Assembly: GCF_052114165.1 (NCBI RefSeq)
Contig: NZ_JBFREF010000009.1
Span: forward strand, 413,623-437,622
Reading direction: 5' to 3'
Origin: Pseudoduganella sp. RAF19
Lineage (GTDB): Bacteria; Pseudomonadota; Gammaproteobacteria; Burkholderiales; Burkholderiaceae_D
Length of the DNA stretch: 24,000 nucleotides
The position numbers and the translations under genes are program-made. How positions within the stretch are numbered: the first letter of the stretch is position 1; each line of letters opens with the position of its first letter. Below the pieces are notes generated by a model, which searched no databases, was not told where the DNA came from, and saw nothing but the letters and a program-made list of their open reading frames with translations. Below, piece after piece: positions 22,791 to 24,000 of this stretch.

Positions 22791-24000
22791 TGGTTGAGGA
22801 CTTTCTCTAGCGTTGCGCACAGCAGGTCGATGTCTTCCTGCATATGGATTTCGGAAAAAGCGTACAAGGCGGACTGGCCCAGCGCGGGGAAGGCGGTGCT
22901 CAGGTCGTGACCGCCGAATATGCCAAGCTGCTGCAAGGCCGCGTTAATGGCGGCCACCGGCAGGCCGGTGCCGTCGAAATTGACGACAAACTCGCGGAAG
23001 TGGCAGCTGCCGGCATGCGTGACGCGGACGCCGGGCAGGCGCGCAAGCCGCTGTTTGGCGTAAGCAGCGCGTTGAGCAATGCCTGTGGCCAGTTCGGTCA
23101 TGCCTTGAGGCCCCATCAACGCCATGAAAACGCCGGCGGTAATGCCCCATAGCGCAGCAGCAGTGCCGACAAATTCATTGCCGTTTTCGCGCTTGTCGAA
23201 AGAGGTGCGGCTGTAGGCGACGTCGCCGAAGCCGTATTCGCCCGGCACGGTGGTGGGGACGATGCCGAACAGGCGCGATGGATACTGCATCACGATGGCG
23301 GGATCGTCGTGGCTGGCGATAAAGCCGCCCTGCCCGCCGCCGTAGTTCATGTGCATGCCCAGCGGCTGGATGTCGCCGCAGACGATGTCGGCGCCGTAGC
23401 TGGCCGGTGGCGCCAGCACGCCCAGCGACACCGGATCGACGCCGACCACGAGCAGCGCGCCCACCGCATGTGCGGCGGCAGCCAGGGCGGCGCCGTCGTC
23501 GATGGTGCCGAGGAAGGAGGGGATGTCCACGTACAGCGCGGCCGTTTCCTGGTCGAGCAGCTGCGCTACGGCGGCCATGTCAAGCAGGCCGGTGTCGGGA
23601 TCGAAGGGCGCGCTGGCGAAATCGAGGTCGGCGCGGCCGTAGTTGTGCATCATCGACAGCTTGTCCGGATTGACGTTGCCCGCAACGACCACGCGGCGGC
23701 GGCCGGTGTGGCGGCCGGCCATGCGCACTGCGGTGGCAGCGGCCTGCATGCCGTCGTAGACCGGTACGTTGACGACGTCCATTTCCAGCACGGCGCCCAT
23801 CATGCTGCAGTATTCGAACAGCGCCTGGAAGCGGCCATGGTCGTCATAGGGTTCGCCGGCATAGGCGGTGGCGAACTCGCTACGGCCATTGATTTCATCG
23901 CACACGGCCGGTACGTGGTGCTGGTAGCAGCCGCCGCCCAGGAAGCTGAGGTGGTTGTTGCAGTGCGCGTTCTTGCGCAGCAGTCCCTCCACGTGGCGCT
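22787..24000 (-). CDS. gcvPA: Glycine dehydrogenase subunit 1 (GcvPA)-like protein, divergent; N-terminus beyond the right window edge
   Basis: SFLGGGCYQHHVPAVCDEINGRSEFATAY...FQALFEYCSMMGAVLEMDVVNVPVYDGMQAAATAVRMA...DIVCGDIQPLGMHMNYGGGQGGFIA is collinear with two-subunit P-protein alpha chains such as Bacillus GcvPA (FLGAGVYDHY.P..V....[28 protein letters not shown]...DIANSSMYDG). The reading frame stays open through position 24000, so the track start at 23992 (a GTG) is probably internal. Confidence 0.85.
   Translation of the reverse strand, partial: RHVEGLLRKNAHCNNHLSFLGGGCYQHHVPAVCDEINGRSEFATAYAGEPYDDHGRFQALFEYCSMMGAVLEMDVVNVPVYDGMQAAATAVRMAGRHTGRRRVVVAGNVNPDKLSMMHNYGRADLDFASAPFDPDTGLLDMAAVAQLLDQETAALYVDIPSFLGTIDDGAALAAAAHAVGALLVVGVDPVSLGVLAPPASYGADIVCGDIQPLGMHMNYGGGQGGFIASHDDPAIVMQYPSRLFGIVPTTVPGEYGFGDVAYSRTSFDKRENGNEFVGTAAALWGITAGVFMALMGPQGMTELATGIAQRAAYAKQRLARLPGVRVTHAGSCHFREFVVNFDGTGLPVAAINAALQQLGIFGGHDLSTAFPALGQSALYAFSEIHMQEDIDLLCATLEKVLNQ

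Overview
This is a GC-rich bacterial chromosomal window, roughly 60-65% G+C by eye. The gene repertoire suggests a Burkholderiales/Oxalobacteraceae-like betaproteobacterium, but that is inference only. All family calls come from reading the translated ORFs for family-typical motifs; no database search was possible. I support 18 protein-coding genes and saw no rRNA, tRNA, CRISPR array, transposase/IS, integrase or phage gene.

Layout, left to right:
- (1) Small regulator/target pairs: a RidA-family gene divergent from a LysR gene; a TetR gene divergent from an MFS transporter; a signal-peptide YcaC-like isochorismatase-family hydrolase; and a second LysR gene divergent from a stand-alone 80-aa LuxR/GerE HTH protein.
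- (2) A 641-aa membrane-anchored SPFH/flotillin-like protein with an internally repeated N-terminal region.
- (3) A galactoside-utilisation locus: a secreted GH35 beta-galactosidase, then SDR - GH2 EbgA-like - EbgC-like - APC permease. This block is convergent with a TonB-dependent receptor and a YgjK-like GH63 glucosidase. It reproduces the E. coli ebgAC-ygjI...ygjK neighbourhood and has the topology of a proteobacterial PUL-like system.
- (4) Directly upstream of the TonB receptor on the same strand is a translationally coupled trio: a divergent two-subunit glycine-dehydrogenase (P-protein)-like GcvPA/GcvPB pair plus an AcoX-like ATP-NAD-kinase-family protein.

Block (4) and its 30-bp junction to the glycan-uptake genes is the least explained part of the window. 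Several intergenic dyads, hairpins and two convergent gene overlaps are also recorded. The many long ORFs antisense to real genes are rejected as high-GC artefacts.
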